This document shows, one piece after another, positions 63,012-64,000 of a stretch of DNA of 64,000 nucleotides. The notes beneath the pieces were generated by a model, which worked only from the letters and a program-made list of their open reading frames with translations, was not told the origin of the DNA and made no database searches. The stretch comes from Mobula hypostoma. Taxonomy: Eukaryota. Numbering within the stretch: position 1 is the stretch's first letter; every line of letters starts with the position of its first letter. The stretch covers positions 210,988,001-211,052,000 of the forward strand of contig NC_086097.1 in assembly GCF_963921235.1 (NCBI RefSeq), given 5' to 3'. The position numbers and the translations under genes were made by a program.

Positions 63012-64000
63012 TAGAGAACATAGGACAGCACATAACAGGCACTTCGGCCCACAATGTTGTGCCAACCCTCAAACCCTGCCACCCATATAAGCCCCCACCT
63101 TAAGTTCCTCCATATATCTGTCTAGTAGTCTCTTAAACTTCACGAGTGTATCTGCCTCCACCACTGACTCAGGCAGTGCATTCCACACACCAACCACTCT
63201 CTGAGTAAAAAACCTTCCTCTAATATCCCCCTTGAACTTTCCACCCCTTACCTTAAAGCCATGTCCTCTTGTATTGAGCAATGGTGCCTTGGGGAAGAGG
63301 CGCTGGCTATCCACTCTATCTATTCCTCTTAATATCTTGTACACCTCTATCATGTCTCCTCTCATCCTCCTTCTCTCCAAAGAGTAAAGCCCTAGCTCCC
63401 TTAATCTCTGATCATAATCCATACTCTCTAAACCAGGCAGCATCCTGGCAAATCTCCTCTGTACTCTTCCCAATGCTTCCACATCCTTCTTATAGTGAGG
63501 CGACCAGAACTGGACACAGTACTCCAAGTGTGGCCCAACCAGAGTTTTATAGAGCTGCATCATCACATCGCGACTCTTAAACTCTATCCCTCGACTTATG
63601 AAAGCTAACACCCCATAAGCTTTCTTAACTACCCTATCCACCTGTGAAGCAATTTTCAAGGATCTGTGGACATGTACCCCCAGATCCCTCTGCTCCTCCA
63701 CACTACCAAGTATCCTGCCATTTACTTTGTACTCTGCCTTGGAGTTTGTCCTTCCAAAGTGTACCATCTCACACTTCTCCAGGTTGAACTCCATCTGCCA
63801 CTTCTCAGCCCACTTCTACATCCTATCAATGTCTCTCTGCAATCTTCAACAATCCTCTACACTATCTACAACACCACCAACCTTTGTGTTGTCTGCAAAT
63901 TTGCCAACCCACCCCTCTAACCCCACATCCAGGTCGTTAATAAAAATCACGAAAAGTAGAGGTCCCAGAACAGATCCTTGTGGGACACCACTAGTCACAA
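63012..64000 (-). mobile_element. Young CR1 inserted at the end of the Rex1 fragment, running off the window end
   Basis: Open frame including 63069-63794 ([19 protein letters not shown]). Confidence 0.95.

Noticed and set aside
1..64000. CRISPR arrays, operons, rRNA or true tRNA genes
   Set aside because: No regularly spaced repeats or prokaryotic gene structure. The only tRNA-like sequence is the SINE head at ~15825-15898.

Overview
Eukaryotic, CpG-poor, transposon-saturated DNA with no confidently identifiable host gene. The repeat families point to a vertebrate, most likely a cartilaginous fish (inference). Most of the window is nested retroelement debris: CR1, Rex1/Babar and RTE LINEs, several Gypsy LTR elements (one with both 193-bp LTRs, PBS and PPT), a HERO/R2-like element with a restriction-like endonuclease, a Harbinger-type DNA element, a hAT MITE and two SINE types. 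The best non-obvious signal is at least nine short Penelope-like (PLE) insertions. Most are fold-back hairpins and most have 11-16 bp target duplications. They carry a minimal type-I hammerhead ribozyme motif (AGTC-CTGA(T/C)GA-stem II-GAAACGTC-GACT), which looks intact at 30826-30861 (+) and 34554-34589 (-) and near-intact at 61381-61418 (+). Most tracked ORFs are transposon fragments or antisense shadows. Element boundaries were read by eye and may be off by tens of bases.
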